Source: Polyangiales bacterium
GTDB taxonomy: Bacteria; Myxococcota_A; Polyangia; Polyangiales; Polyangiaceae
Direction of reading: 5' to 3'
Length of the DNA: 56,056 nucleotides
Assembly (NCBI GenBank): GCA_038230375.1
Contig: JBBRNJ010000061.1
Location: 1 to 56,056 of the forward strand
Part shown: positions 27,268 through 35,948 of the stretch, piece after piece
Layout: the number at the start of each line of letters is the position of its first letter
Position numbering within the stretch: position 1 is the first letter of the stretch
Notes under the pieces: generated by a model
The model's input: only the letters and a program-made list of their open reading frames with translations
Told to the model about the DNA's origin: nothing
The model's database searches: none
Translations under genes and position numbers: made by a program

Positions 27268-29017
27268 CAACCTGGACCCCACGCAGCGCGCCGCTCTGGT
27301 GCCGCCGCTCGTGACACGCGCGAGTGCTGCGCTGGCGGAGGAGCCGTATCAAGCCCGGATGCTCCTCGTCGACGCGCTGCGGCTCACGCTCGGCGATCCC
27401 TGCGACGTGATGCTCGACGCAGATCCGCGCCCTCTTCGCGAGCAGGCGCTCGACGTGCCGGAGCGCGCGCCCGCGGTGCACGCGCTCGCCACCGTGGCCG
27501 AACAGTTGATCGCGCTCGCGGGCGAGCCGCCGGCGCCTGCGGAATTCCAGCCCGAGGTATGCGAGAGCGCGAACGCACCGGTGACACGGCTCGCGGCATG
27601 GCTATGCGGGCTGCTTCCGGGCGACGGATTGCCGGAGCGCTGGCGCGCGCATCTCGACGAAGAGGCACGCACCTGGGCGCGCGCACGCTCGTTGCTGTTC
27701 GGCGGTGCCGTGGACGCGGACGCGGCGGAGATCGCGCGCAACGTGTCGGAGGTGCCGCTCGCACGTGCGGCCGCGGCATTGCGGCTTGGCGCTGATGACA
27801 TCGCGAGGGGCCTTTTACCGCGCCCAGAGACGTGGAGCGTGATGGCATCGCTGGTTCCTACGTTTCACGATTCATGGGGTCAGGCGTGGGCGCCGCGCGG
27901 CCTCTTTCAAGACGCCGCGGACGACGCTGGCCTCGCGCTGCTCTCCCCTGCGAGCCGCGTGCGGTTCGGAGCCTCGAGCCCGGAGCTCGTTGCGAACCTC
28001 GTGAAGGTACTCCTCGTGGGGCTCGACGCATTCCCGGACGTTCGCCGGCAGCGCGCGGCGTGGGCAGCGGGGCTCATCCGCTTCGCGTTCGGCGCACGCT
28101 CTCCGCGATGGCCGGGCACACGTGAGGAGGGCGGCGGACCTATCATTCCACCGGCCCTTGAGCTGGCACCGCTCGAGCGCGAGGTCCTCGTCGCAGTGGC
28201 CACGAAGGTGTCCATTCTTCAGTGGGAATACGATGTTCATCACGCCCTGTGCGCGGTCGCGTTGCCCGCGACATTCGAGGGGACGCGCCGGTGGCTCGGG
28301 CTCGACCCACCTGGCACCATGAATGTGCCCGTGTCCATCAACGAGGCGGGGCAAGAGCGCGTCCTACCGCTGGCGCTCGCCGTGCAACGCTTCGTGGCCG
28401 GCACGGTTGCCGCGTCCGACCTGGCAGCCGGAATCGCAAAGGGCCTCACGCCGGAGGAGCTCGCGCACTTCGTCACCCTCGAGCTTCTTTTGGCCGACGC
28501 GCGACTTCATTCCACGGGCCCCGAGCGAACGGAGGAAGAGCTGACGGAGCTACTTCGCGGGCTGAAGATGATGGCGATCGAGCGAGCCGATCCCGACGCC
28601 GTCGCACCGGCATTGCTGAAGAGGGCCGACACGTGGCTCAAGGATACGTGGGACCTCCCCGCTGCGCCCTCCGTCGTGTGGGAGGCGCTCGCTCGCCTGC
28701 TGGGGGCGCGGGGTGACTTCATCCCACCGCGATTCGACAAAGTGATAGCGGAGCTCGCCACCACCTATCCGTCGGACCCGGCGCCCGTCCGCACCATCCT
28801 CTTGAGCCTCCCGCAGGCGAGACGTGACGCGATCGTCGTCTACACCCACGAGAGGCCGGCCTTCCGGGGGCGGAACGACTTCAACGACCTCCTCTCGGAG
28901 GAGATGCGTCAAGATCCCATCGTCCAGCGGCCGCGCCAGCAACGTGCCCCCAACGCCCTCACCAACGCGATCGAGAGCCTGTTGAACGTCGTCCATGACG
29001 AGACGGACCCGACGTGA
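27254..29017 (+). CDS. Hypothetical alpha-helical protein
   Basis: About 587-aa ORF overlapping the SDR stop; Ala/Leu-rich; no motif recognised. Confidence 0.7.
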   Translation: MLAPDNLDPTQRAALVPPLVTRASAALAEEPYQARMLLVDALRLTLGDPCDVMLDADPRPLREQALDVPERAPAVHALATVAEQLIALAGEPPAPAEFQPEVCESANAPVTRLAAWLCGLLPGDGLPERWRAHLDEEARTWARARSLLFGGAVDADAAEIARNVSEVPLARAAAALRLGADDIARGLLPRPETWSVMASLVPTFHDSWGQAWAPRGLFQDAADDAGLALLSPASRVRFGASSPELVANLVKVLLVGLDAFPDVRRQRAAWAAGLIRFAFGARSPRWPGTREEGGGPIIPPALELAPLEREVLVAVATKVSILQWEYDVHHALCAVALPATFEGTRRWLGLDPPGTMNVPVSINEAGQERVLPLALAVQRFVAGTVAASDLAAGIAKGLTPEELAHFVTLELLLADARLHSTGPERTEEELTELLRGLKMMAIERADPDAVAPALLKRADTWLKDTWDLPAAPSVVWEALARLLGARGDFIPPRFDKVIAELATTYPSDPAPVRTILLSLPQARRDAIVVYTHERPAFRGRNDFNDLLSEEMRQDPIVQRPRQQRAPNALTNAIESLLNVVHDETDPT

Positions 29018-29067
29018 GGGAGATCAGCGCCGCCGCCGGAGCCGGACTTCACGCAGTCATGCGGCGT

Positions 29068-29598
29068 TCAGTTGCACTGCGTCCAGGGCTGCGTGTGATC
29101 GCCCATCTGGAGCTGCTTGCCCTTGCGCCCTTCGACGAGCGTGGCCTTGTGAACGGCGAGATCGTCACTGGTGGGATCGTCGATGATGATGCGTGCCTTG
29201 TAACGCTCCGCCTTGATGGGCTCCAGCCTCACCATACCGCTGGGCGTGGATGTGCGAAGCGTGCCCTTCGCGGTGTCACCGTTCCACTCGAGGAAGATCT
29301 GATGCGCGTTGCCGTCCGCCGTCGCGCGACAGACAAGCTGACCGGCGAGAGCGGGCTCACCATCCGCCTGGGGAGCCTCGGATGGCCTGGTGGCCTTACG
29401 CGTCGCCGGCGCGCTCATCGTGCTCTCGCTCACGGTCCCCGTCTGCTCGTTGGTGTCGCTCAGGCGTTCGCTGTCCGGCGCCTGCGATGAGCCCACGGTG
29501 GCCGCCGGCTTCGGCTCAGCGGCGGTGCATGCGGTCAGGCTACCCCCGACGAACATCGCAGAGACCACGAGAAGCCAGGGGGGAACAGGGGCGTTCAT
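29068..29598 (-). CDS. Hypothetical lipoprotein
   Basis: Signal ending SLTAC, low-complexity linker, beta domain bracketed by LVC and terminal QCN. Confidence 0.75.
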   Translation of the reverse strand: MNAPVPPWLLVVSAMFVGGSLTACTAAEPKPAATVGSSQAPDSERLSDTNEQTGTVSESTMSAPATRKATRPSEAPQADGEPALAGQLVCRATADGNAHQIFLEWNGDTAKGTLRTSTPSGMVRLEPIKAERYKARIIIDDPTSDDLAVHKATLVEGRKGKQLQMGDHTQPWTQCN

Positions 29599-29746
29599 GA
29601 GGAACGGCTGTAGCACTGCCCCCGAAATCGTCGACCTTTCACGGTCGATTCTGCCACCGCGTGCAGAATACAGGCATCCCGATGACGGCAATCGCGCCGC
29701 CGCCCTGAGGAAAAACCCGGCATACTGCCGCGATGGTGTGGCTGTC

Positions 29747-30337
29747 ATGACCGCCCTCGGTCGCTCACGCGAGATCGCGCGATTGGTGCTGATGGAGGCC
29801 GTGGGCGCAAGCGCGACGCCGTTCATTCCGGTCCCGTTCGTTGACGATTTCCTGCGCACCCAGCTGCTCAAACGGGTGGCGACGAAGGTGCTGGCTCGCC
29901 ACGACCCGCCTGCGAACGAGCTCGCGGGCGCAGTCGTCAGTGCGTACGACAAGGCGGGCGCGCGACCGCTCGCGTCTTCGATCGCCGTCGGCGCGGCGCG
30001 ATTCATCGTGCGAAAGCTCGCGATCGTGCTCGACGTGAAGAAGAGCTACGACGTGTTCGGTCAGTCGCTTGCATTCGCGATTGCGGTCGACATCGCCGCG
30101 ACTGAAGGATGGCTCGCCGTGCAAGGGGCCGACCGGATCGGCGCTGCGATCCATCACGTGCTCGAATCGGCGAGCTCCGGCACGCTCGAGAGCCTGGGCC
30201 GCGCGGGGCGTCAGGCGTACGCCAAAGGCGGAAGTCCGGGTGTCCTCGCAGAGGCGATCGGCGCGGAGGTGGACCAGACACGCGCAGCCCTCGAGGCGGC
30301 GATGCGCGAGGAGCTTGCTCGCGCCCAGCTCCGTTGA
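29747..30337 (+). CDS. Hypothetical protein (DUF697-like IPVPF.D motif)
   Basis: AVGASATPFIPVPFVDD followed by Ala/Gly-rich helices; start uncertain. Confidence 0.6.
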   Translation: MTALGRSREIARLVLMEAVGASATPFIPVPFVDDFLRTQLLKRVATKVLARHDPPANELAGAVVSAYDKAGARPLASSIAVGAARFIVRKLAIVLDVKKSYDVFGQSLAFAIAVDIAATEGWLAVQGADRIGAAIHHVLESASSGTLESLGRAGRQAYAKGGSPGVLAEAIGAEVDQTRAALEAAMREELARAQLR

Positions 30338-30388
30338 ATGGCACCACCTGCCCTGTACGTCGCCGCGACAGCGCGTTAGCTTGGACGG

Positions 30389-30703
30389 ATGATCGGCCGC
30401 TGCGTCTCGCTCGTGCTCGTTGCGCTCGCGGCATGCGAGCCGTCCGATGAGGAGTACATCAACGTCGTCCGCGCGGGAGTCGCCCAGAACTGCTGCTCCT
30501 TCGGCAAGGACGGGTGCAAGCCGTGTCCCCTGCTCGAAGGCGCGCATCTGACCACGAGCAGCGTGGCGCCCGGGGCGGCCGCCAACGGCAGGCAGGTGAC
30601 GGTCGGCGTCGACGGCCCGCACGGTCCCGGAACGTGCAGGTTCAGCGTTGGAAGAATGAGCTCGAGCCTCGCAGTCGGAGGCGGAGGCTGCGAGGCAAAA
30701 TGA
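30389..30703 (+). CDS. Small Cys-rich lipoprotein
   Basis: ALAAC lipobox, NCC..C..C..C..C; ATGA overlap with the next gene. Confidence 0.7.
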   Translation: MIGRCVSLVLVALAACEPSDEEYINVVRAGVAQNCCSFGKDGCKPCPLLEGAHLTTSSVAPGAAANGRQVTVGVDGPHGPGTCRFSVGRMSSSLAVGGGGCEAK

Positions 30704-32049
30704 CGACGCTGCGCCTGCAAGACTTCACCATCAGGCGTGCCACAGCAGAAGACTCTCCGTTCCTGTGGCGGATGCTCACATTCGCTGCGTCCATGGAAGG
30801 CCACGCCGACGACGTGGCCCGTGCGCAGAGCGATCCCGACCTCCGGCTCTTCGTGGATGACTACGGGCGTGAGAGTGACCTGGGACTCGTCGCCGTGTCG
30901 GGCGAGGAGCTGCTCGGTGCTGCGTGGCTCCGGCTCGGGACCGGAAAACCAAGCCCCACGAAGGTGTGGACGGAGAGCATCCCGGAGCTGGTGATAGCGA
31001 CGACCACCGACGCACGCGGCTGCGGTGTGGGGAGCGCGCTCTTGACGTCGCTCTTCGCGCTGGCGCGCTATCCCGAGATCGCACTCACCGTCCGCGATGG
31101 CAACCCCGCGGTTCGTCTCTATGAACGCCACGGCTTCACCACGCAGCGCCGAATCACGAACCGAGTCGGCGGCGTATCGCTCGTGATGACTCGCCGTAGC
31201 ACGCACGAGAGGCAGGCCCTGATGCACGAGCACTTCATCGATGTCGGGACCGGGCGCAGGCTCCGCTACCTGGAGGGAGGCAAGCCGGATGGTCCGCCGC
31301 TGCTCATGCTGCACGGCGTCCACCTGCGCGCGGACTACTTCGCGCGGAGCATCGCGCCGCACCTGGCACAGGACTATCGCCTCATCGCGCCGGACCTGCG
31401 CGGTCATGGCGGCAGCTTTTTTTCCGGCGAGCCCTACTTCCTTCGCAGCTTTGCCGCCGACGTCGTCGCGCTGCATGCCGCGCTCATCCACGAGCCTTGC
31501 CGCTTGCTTGGCCTCTCTCTGGGCGGCAACGTGGCGCTTCAGGCGTGCGTGCAGGCGCCGGGCATCGCTCGCGCGCTCGTCTCGGTGGACATTGCGCCGT
31601 TCGTGAATCGTGAGGGCGTGGAGCGCCTTGCGCGCGCGCAGAGCATGCTCCCGGAGTCCTTCGCTTCCAGGAGCGCACTCTTCGATTTCTTCCACCTCGC
31701 CTATCAGGCGGTGTCGCGTGCGTACGTGGACGAGCTCCTGGTTCACATGTGGAAGCAGGACGAAGCGGGACTCTACGTCCGCGCCTATGATCGGCGCGTG
31801 TGGGAGCTGCCGCTCGAGCCCGCGGTGACGGAGCTGGCAAACCTTGCCGAGGCAGCGCGGGACCTCACGCTTCCAATCTTGCTCCTCCGCGGCGAGCAGA
31901 GCGACATCCTCACGCGTGAGGGCGCGGCGCGGTTCCTTGCGATGCTGCGCGATGGTCGGGTGGAAGAGATCGCCGGCGTGGGCCACGGCCTGGTCCACGA
32001 GCGCCCGGCCGAGTGTGCGGCGGTCATCCGCAGCTTCTTCGGCACCTGA
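30700..32049 (+). CDS. GNAT acetyltransferase fused to alpha/beta hydrolase (possibly two genes)
   Basis: ARGCGVGSALL..NPAVRLYERHGF (GNAT); from M at 31222 LMLHG, APDLRGHG, GLSLGG, LRGEQSD, GH (hydrolase). Confidence 0.85.
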   Translation: MTTLRLQDFTIRRATAEDSPFLWRMLTFAASMEGHADDVARAQSDPDLRLFVDDYGRESDLGLVAVSGEELLGAAWLRLGTGKPSPTKVWTESIPELVIATTTDARGCGVGSALLTSLFALARYPEIALTVRDGNPAVRLYERHGFTTQRRITNRVGGVSLVMTRRSTHERQALMHEHFIDVGTGRRLRYLEGGKPDGPPLLMLHGVHLRADYFARSIAPHLAQDYRLIAPDLRGHGGSFFSGEPYFLRSFAADVVALHAALIHEPCRLLGLSLGGNVALQACVQAPGIARALVSVDIAPFVNREGVERLARAQSMLPESFASRSALFDFFHLAYQAVSRAYVDELLVHMWKQDEAGLYVRAYDRRVWELPLEPAVTELANLAEAARDLTLPILLLRGEQSDILTREGAARFLAMLRDGRVEEIAGVGHGLVHERPAECAAVIRSFFGT

Positions 32050-32061
32050 CGCGCCGCGCGT

Positions 32062-32769
32062 TCACGCGGCCGGCTTCTCCCATTCCATCAGCAAGAAGTA
32101 CGGGGCCTTCAGATAGCGACGCACCTTCTCGGGCGGTCCGCCGTGAGGTCGTGGCTCGGAGAAGTGCCGCAGCCGCAGTCCAAGGTCCAGGAGAGCCGTC
32201 ATGTAGCTCTCGAGCGGGCGGTGCCAGTTCCTGATGTTGATCCCTCCCCATGAGACGTGACTCGTGTGCTCGTCCAGGTAGTTTTTGTGCGTGTCGTCAC
32301 CGCGCGGCCTCCTTCCACCGAACACCATGCCCGCGGTCGTGAAGCCCGTGAGGTTGGCGATGAGGAGCGAGCCGCCGGGCCGAAGTACGCGCGCCATCTC
32401 CGAGAGCGCCCGGCCGAGCGGCGCGATGTCGATGAGGGACAGATAGCTCACCACCAGGTCGAAGGTCTGATCTGCGAATGCCAGATCCTCCGCGAGTCCG
32501 ACGCGATAGTCGCCCTCGGGGTCGAGCGTGACCGCGCGCGCCAGCAGGGCCTCGGTGGGATCGATGCCGGTCGTGCGTATCCCGAGCGGCTGGAGCATGC
32601 GGCAGAAGCGACCTTCGCCGCATCCCACGTCCAATGCAGTTGCGTGCGCGCGACGCCGGACGAGCGACATCATCGGCCCGTCGAGCACGAAGCGACGCCC
32701 GAAATCGCCCAGGTCTCCCATCTCGGCGATCCACGCGGTCGCCGACTCATCCCACCCGGTCGAAGCCAT
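32062..32769 (-). CDS. Class I SAM-dependent methyltransferase
   Basis: ALDVGCGEGR, GIDPT, FDLVVSYL, RVLRPGG, HRPLESY. Confidence 0.92.
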   Translation of the reverse strand: MASTGWDESATAWIAEMGDLGDFGRRFVLDGPMMSLVRRRAHATALDVGCGEGRFCRMLQPLGIRTTGIDPTEALLARAVTLDPEGDYRVGLAEDLAFADQTFDLVVSYLSLIDIAPLGRALSEMARVLRPGGSLLIANLTGFTTAGMVFGGRRPRGDDTHKNYLDEHTSHVSWGGINIRNWHRPLESYMTALLDLGLRLRHFSEPRPHGGPPEKVRRYLKAPYFLLMEWEKPAA

Positions 32770-32826
32770 CGACCACGAGTACGCCACAGGTCCACACTGG
32801 ACAAGCTCGCGTTCGTCGCCGCAAGC

Positions 32827-34440
32827 TCAGCGCGTGACGCCGCTGACGTAGGTCGCGCCGATCGCCCTCGCCATCGTGCGATGCGCGGGGCTCGTTCCGA
32901 AAACCACGCTGCGTGTCAGGTCGACGCCGTTCTTCCGCGCCCAGGCGACGAGCAGCCCAGGAAGTGGCGGTCTGCACCAACAGCGCGGCGGGCCGCCGCC
33001 GTGCGGGCAGATGCCAACGTCCGGATCGCCCGATCGCGCATCTGGCGGCCCATGGGGTCTCCATCCGAAGAAGAATCGAAGGCCCTCCTTCGGTGGGTCC
33101 TTCGCGTCGAGAGAGATGAACGTTGCGGGCTCTCCGGATGAAGGCTCGCGCACGAATGGAACGATCTCCAGCGCCGAGAAGCCCTCGTCGTCCGACGGCC
33201 GCTCGAGCGAACGCGCCGTGCGATATAGGACGCCAGGCCCGATCGACGTCGGATCGCTCGCGCCCTCCATCTCCTCGGGCGCAAGCAGCCTTCCGTGCGC
33301 CTGCAGCATGCGGTCGATGATGTTGACCTGCGCGTCCGAGATCGTCACGTCGAGGAAGACTCCGCGCGTACGTGCGCCGTGCCGTCGCGCGGTCGCGATC
33401 GCCTCGTGTCGCGCAGCGCGGGTCGTGTACGTGTTGTCGAGCAAGAGCGCAGCGGCTCCCGCGGCAAGGCGCGCGCCCATTCGCTGATGGAGCTTCTTCA
33501 TGGAGCCACCCTCGCGATCGCGATTGAGCCGCTCGAAGTCCAGGTACCGCGCCGCAACCGTGGACTTCCCGGAGCCCTGGAGGCCCATGACAAGGACGAC
33601 CTCTGCGACTTTCGATGACGCCGCCGCACCTTCCGGACCCAGCGGGGCGCGCGGCGAAAGGTCGAGCGCAACCATCGTCTCGGCGGTGGCCTCGATGTGA
33701 GCCGAGCGCGCAATGGAGCGGACCGTCTCCACGCGCGTCGCCCCCGCGATCGGTATGACCCCGAGCCTTCGCAGGGCCGCGAGCAGCGTCTCTTGCGGCG
33801 TCGCGTCTGGCTGCGCGATCTTCCACCGCTTTGCGCGCCCCGGACCTCCCAGCGGCGAATGCGCGAACACCTCGATTGAGAGCTCCTTGCACCGCGCGAC
33901 GACGCCCCCGCGCAGCGCCGGTCCGATGACGACCTGCACCGCGGAGATCGGCGCGATCGCGAGCGCCTCGTCGAGCTGCCTTCGATTGACGTTCGACAGA
34001 CCGATTCGCACGACCAGTTTTTCTTCTGCGAGGCGCGCCAGTGCGCGCACGGTCGTGGCCCAAGGCACGCGTGGGTCGGGCGCATGCACGAGATAGAGAT
34101 CGATCGGCCGGTCGAGGGCGGCGAGGCTCGCTTCGCAGTCCTCCCGCAAGGAGCGCGCGCGGCCGTCGGGCTCCCACGCGCCATCTGGGCGGCGCATGCC
34201 GCCTTTGGTGACGATCGTCGCGCGCCGTCCGCGAAGCATGGCTCCGATGAGCCGCTCGCTGTCACCGTAGGCCCGCGCCGTGTCGAAGAGGGTGATGCCC
34301 GAGTCGAGCGCGGCAGCAAAGATCTCCTCCGCGCGCGCTGCGTCGATGCGCATGCAGCCGAGCGCCACCCGGAGCTCGGAATCGTCCACCAACCGAGCAC
34401 GCGTCACGGCGGTGGCTTCGGCATGGTCATGATCACCCAT
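32827..34440 (-). CDS. Aldo/keto reductase + P-loop polynucleotide-kinase-like (AAA_33) + degenerate HAD fusion
   Basis: LGCM, FDTARAYG, TKGG, DLYLVH, IGLSN, SPLGG (AKR); GLQGSGKST, LNRD, LDNT, EGFS (kinase); CPH..CWCRPP.PGL..DL..S..G (GmhB/HisB-like); GGGAGG SD. Confidence 0.88.
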   Translation of the reverse strand: MGDHDHAEATAVTRARLVDDSELRVALGCMRIDAARAEEIFAAALDSGITLFDTARAYGDSERLIGAMLRGRRATIVTKGGMRRPDGAWEPDGRARSLREDCEASLAALDRPIDLYLVHAPDPRVPWATTVRALARLAEEKLVVRIGLSNVNRRQLDEALAIAPISAVQVVIGPALRGGVVARCKELSIEVFAHSPLGGPGRAKRWKIAQPDATPQETLLAALRRLGVIPIAGATRVETVRSIARSAHIEATAETMVALDLSPRAPLGPEGAAASSKVAEVVLVMGLQGSGKSTVAARYLDFERLNRDREGGSMKKLHQRMGARLAAGAAALLLDNTYTTRAARHEAIATARRHGARTRGVFLDVTISDAQVNIIDRMLQAHGRLLAPEEMEGASDPTSIGPGVLYRTARSLERPSDDEGFSALEIVPFVREPSSGEPATFISLDAKDPPKEGLRFFFGWRPHGPPDARSGDPDVGICPHGGGPPRCWCRPPLPGLLVAWARKNGVDLTRSVVFGTSPAHRTMARAIGATYVSGVTR

Positions 34441-34460
34441 GGGCCGTCCTCCCTTCCACT

Positions 34461-35228
34461 CTAGCGTTTCGGGTGCTGCAGCATCTGGAGGATCTGCTGA
34501 TGCGCTTCTTCGTCGATCGCCTGGGAAAACGTGGGCATTCCGCTCGCCCATCGCTCGCGCGCATTCGGGCGTTCGAGTGCGATCCGGATCGCGGCTACGA
34601 GCTCCAGTGGCCGCGCGTCGATGCCACCTGCGGCTCCACCAAACGTGATGGCGCCGCGCGCGATGCTCGCGATGCGAAGCTGCGGTCCGTAGGCGGGGAC
34701 CGTCTGCGGCGCGCGCTCCGTCACCGCGCGCTTGCACACCGCTGCGTCGAACGAATTGGCGCCGCGACACGCGAACGGGCGCACCGGGTGCACGCTGCAG
34801 TTGTCGTCCTGGAGAAGCGGGCATGGTCGCGGTGCCGCGGCTCGCTCGAGCGTGGTGCGGCCGCGAGTCTCGGCATCCGTTGCAACGACGCGCGCAAGGA
34901 TCTCCGCTTGTTCCGTGGGCGCCTTGTGGGTCCGTACGTGGTCCGCGATCCGCAGCGCCTCCGGCGCGCTCACGTTCACCTTCACGTGACAGCACCAGGG
35001 GCAACGCGCGCCGCACGCGATCTGATGCTGCGGTGGCTCCAGCGCCTTCACCTCGGTCGTCACCTGGTCGATACGATCGCAAGCGCCCGCCAGCGCCGTT
35101 TCCATGCGCGCCGCGCTCCCCGCCTTGCTCGCGGCTTCCATCTCGCGAAGCAGCGAGTCCTCCAGCTCACGCAGGACCGCGTTGGTGGCGAGTGGCAGGC
35201 GCCGCTGGGTGGAAGGGGTCTTCTTCAT
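34461..35228 (-). CDS. YkgJ family cysteine-cluster (CxxxCxxCC) protein
   Basis: IACGARCPWCC, CPLL..NCSVHPVRPFACR. Confidence 0.9.
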   Translation of the reverse strand: MKKTPSTQRRLPLATNAVLRELEDSLLREMEAASKAGSAARMETALAGACDRIDQVTTEVKALEPPQHQIACGARCPWCCHVKVNVSAPEALRIADHVRTHKAPTEQAEILARVVATDAETRGRTTLERAAAPRPCPLLQDDNCSVHPVRPFACRGANSFDAAVCKRAVTERAPQTVPAYGPQLRIASIARGAITFGGAAGGIDARPLELVAAIRIALERPNARERWASGMPTFSQAIDEEAHQQILQMLQHPKR

Positions 35229-35230
35229 GG

Positions 35231-35944
35231 TCACTTCACGGGCCAGCGCGAGACCAGGGAGTCCGCCCACGCAGCGTAGCCGGTCGCCGACGGGTGGAAA
35301 CCGTCCGCGGCCAGGAGGTCCGTTTGTGGGGCGAAGCGGATGGGGACGTGATGCGCGCCCGTCGCTGCGCATGTCTCTCGCATGATGCCGTCGAGATACT
35401 CGGCCCGCGCGCCCAGGGCCGATCGCGTTGGCTGCGGCAGGACAGGTATCGAGCCCAGCGGCGGAATCGACGAGAACACCACGTGCCGCGCTCCCCGCCT
35501 CACGAGCTCTCTCACCACAGCTCGGAGCTCCGCCGACCAGGTCCTGCCGTTCGTGAGCTCCAGCGCGTCGTTCACGCCGGTGACCACGAGGACGGTGTCG
35601 CAGGGAAGATCGAGCTGCGGCAAGAGCGCCTCTCGCGTCTCGCGGAGGTTTGCGCCATGGCGCCCCACGACCTGCACCCGGACCGCCCGCTGACGCGCGC
35701 GAGAGAGCGAGCGCGCGACACAGAACGCCAGCGCGTCGTCCTGACGCTCCACGCCCACGCCCGCCGCGGTCGATTCGCCAACGACCGCGAGCGACATCGA
35801 ATCGCCAAGGGACTCCCCCACCACGCCGTGGAACGGGCCCTCGGCCTCGGGCAACATCGGGGCGCGTGCGCGTACCCACCGACCCTGCACCACGAGCAGT
35901 GGCAGAAGCGGCCCGTGCAACCAGAATCGAACGCGCGTCTTCAC
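35231..35944 (-). CDS. SGNH/GDSL hydrolase
   Basis: VVGESTAAGVG, GA, TGVND, DGFHPS blocks. Confidence 0.92.
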   Translation of the reverse strand: MKTRVRFWLHGPLLPLLVVQGRWVRARAPMLPEAEGPFHGVVGESLGDSMSLAVVGESTAAGVGVERQDDALAFCVARSLSRARQRAVRVQVVGRHGANLRETREALLPQLDLPCDTVLVVTGVNDALELTNGRTWSAELRAVVRELVRRGARHVVFSSIPPLGSIPVLPQPTRSALGARAEYLDGIMRETCAATGAHHVPIRFAPQTDLLAADGFHPSATGYAAWADSLVSRWPVK

Positions 35945-35948
35945 AACG

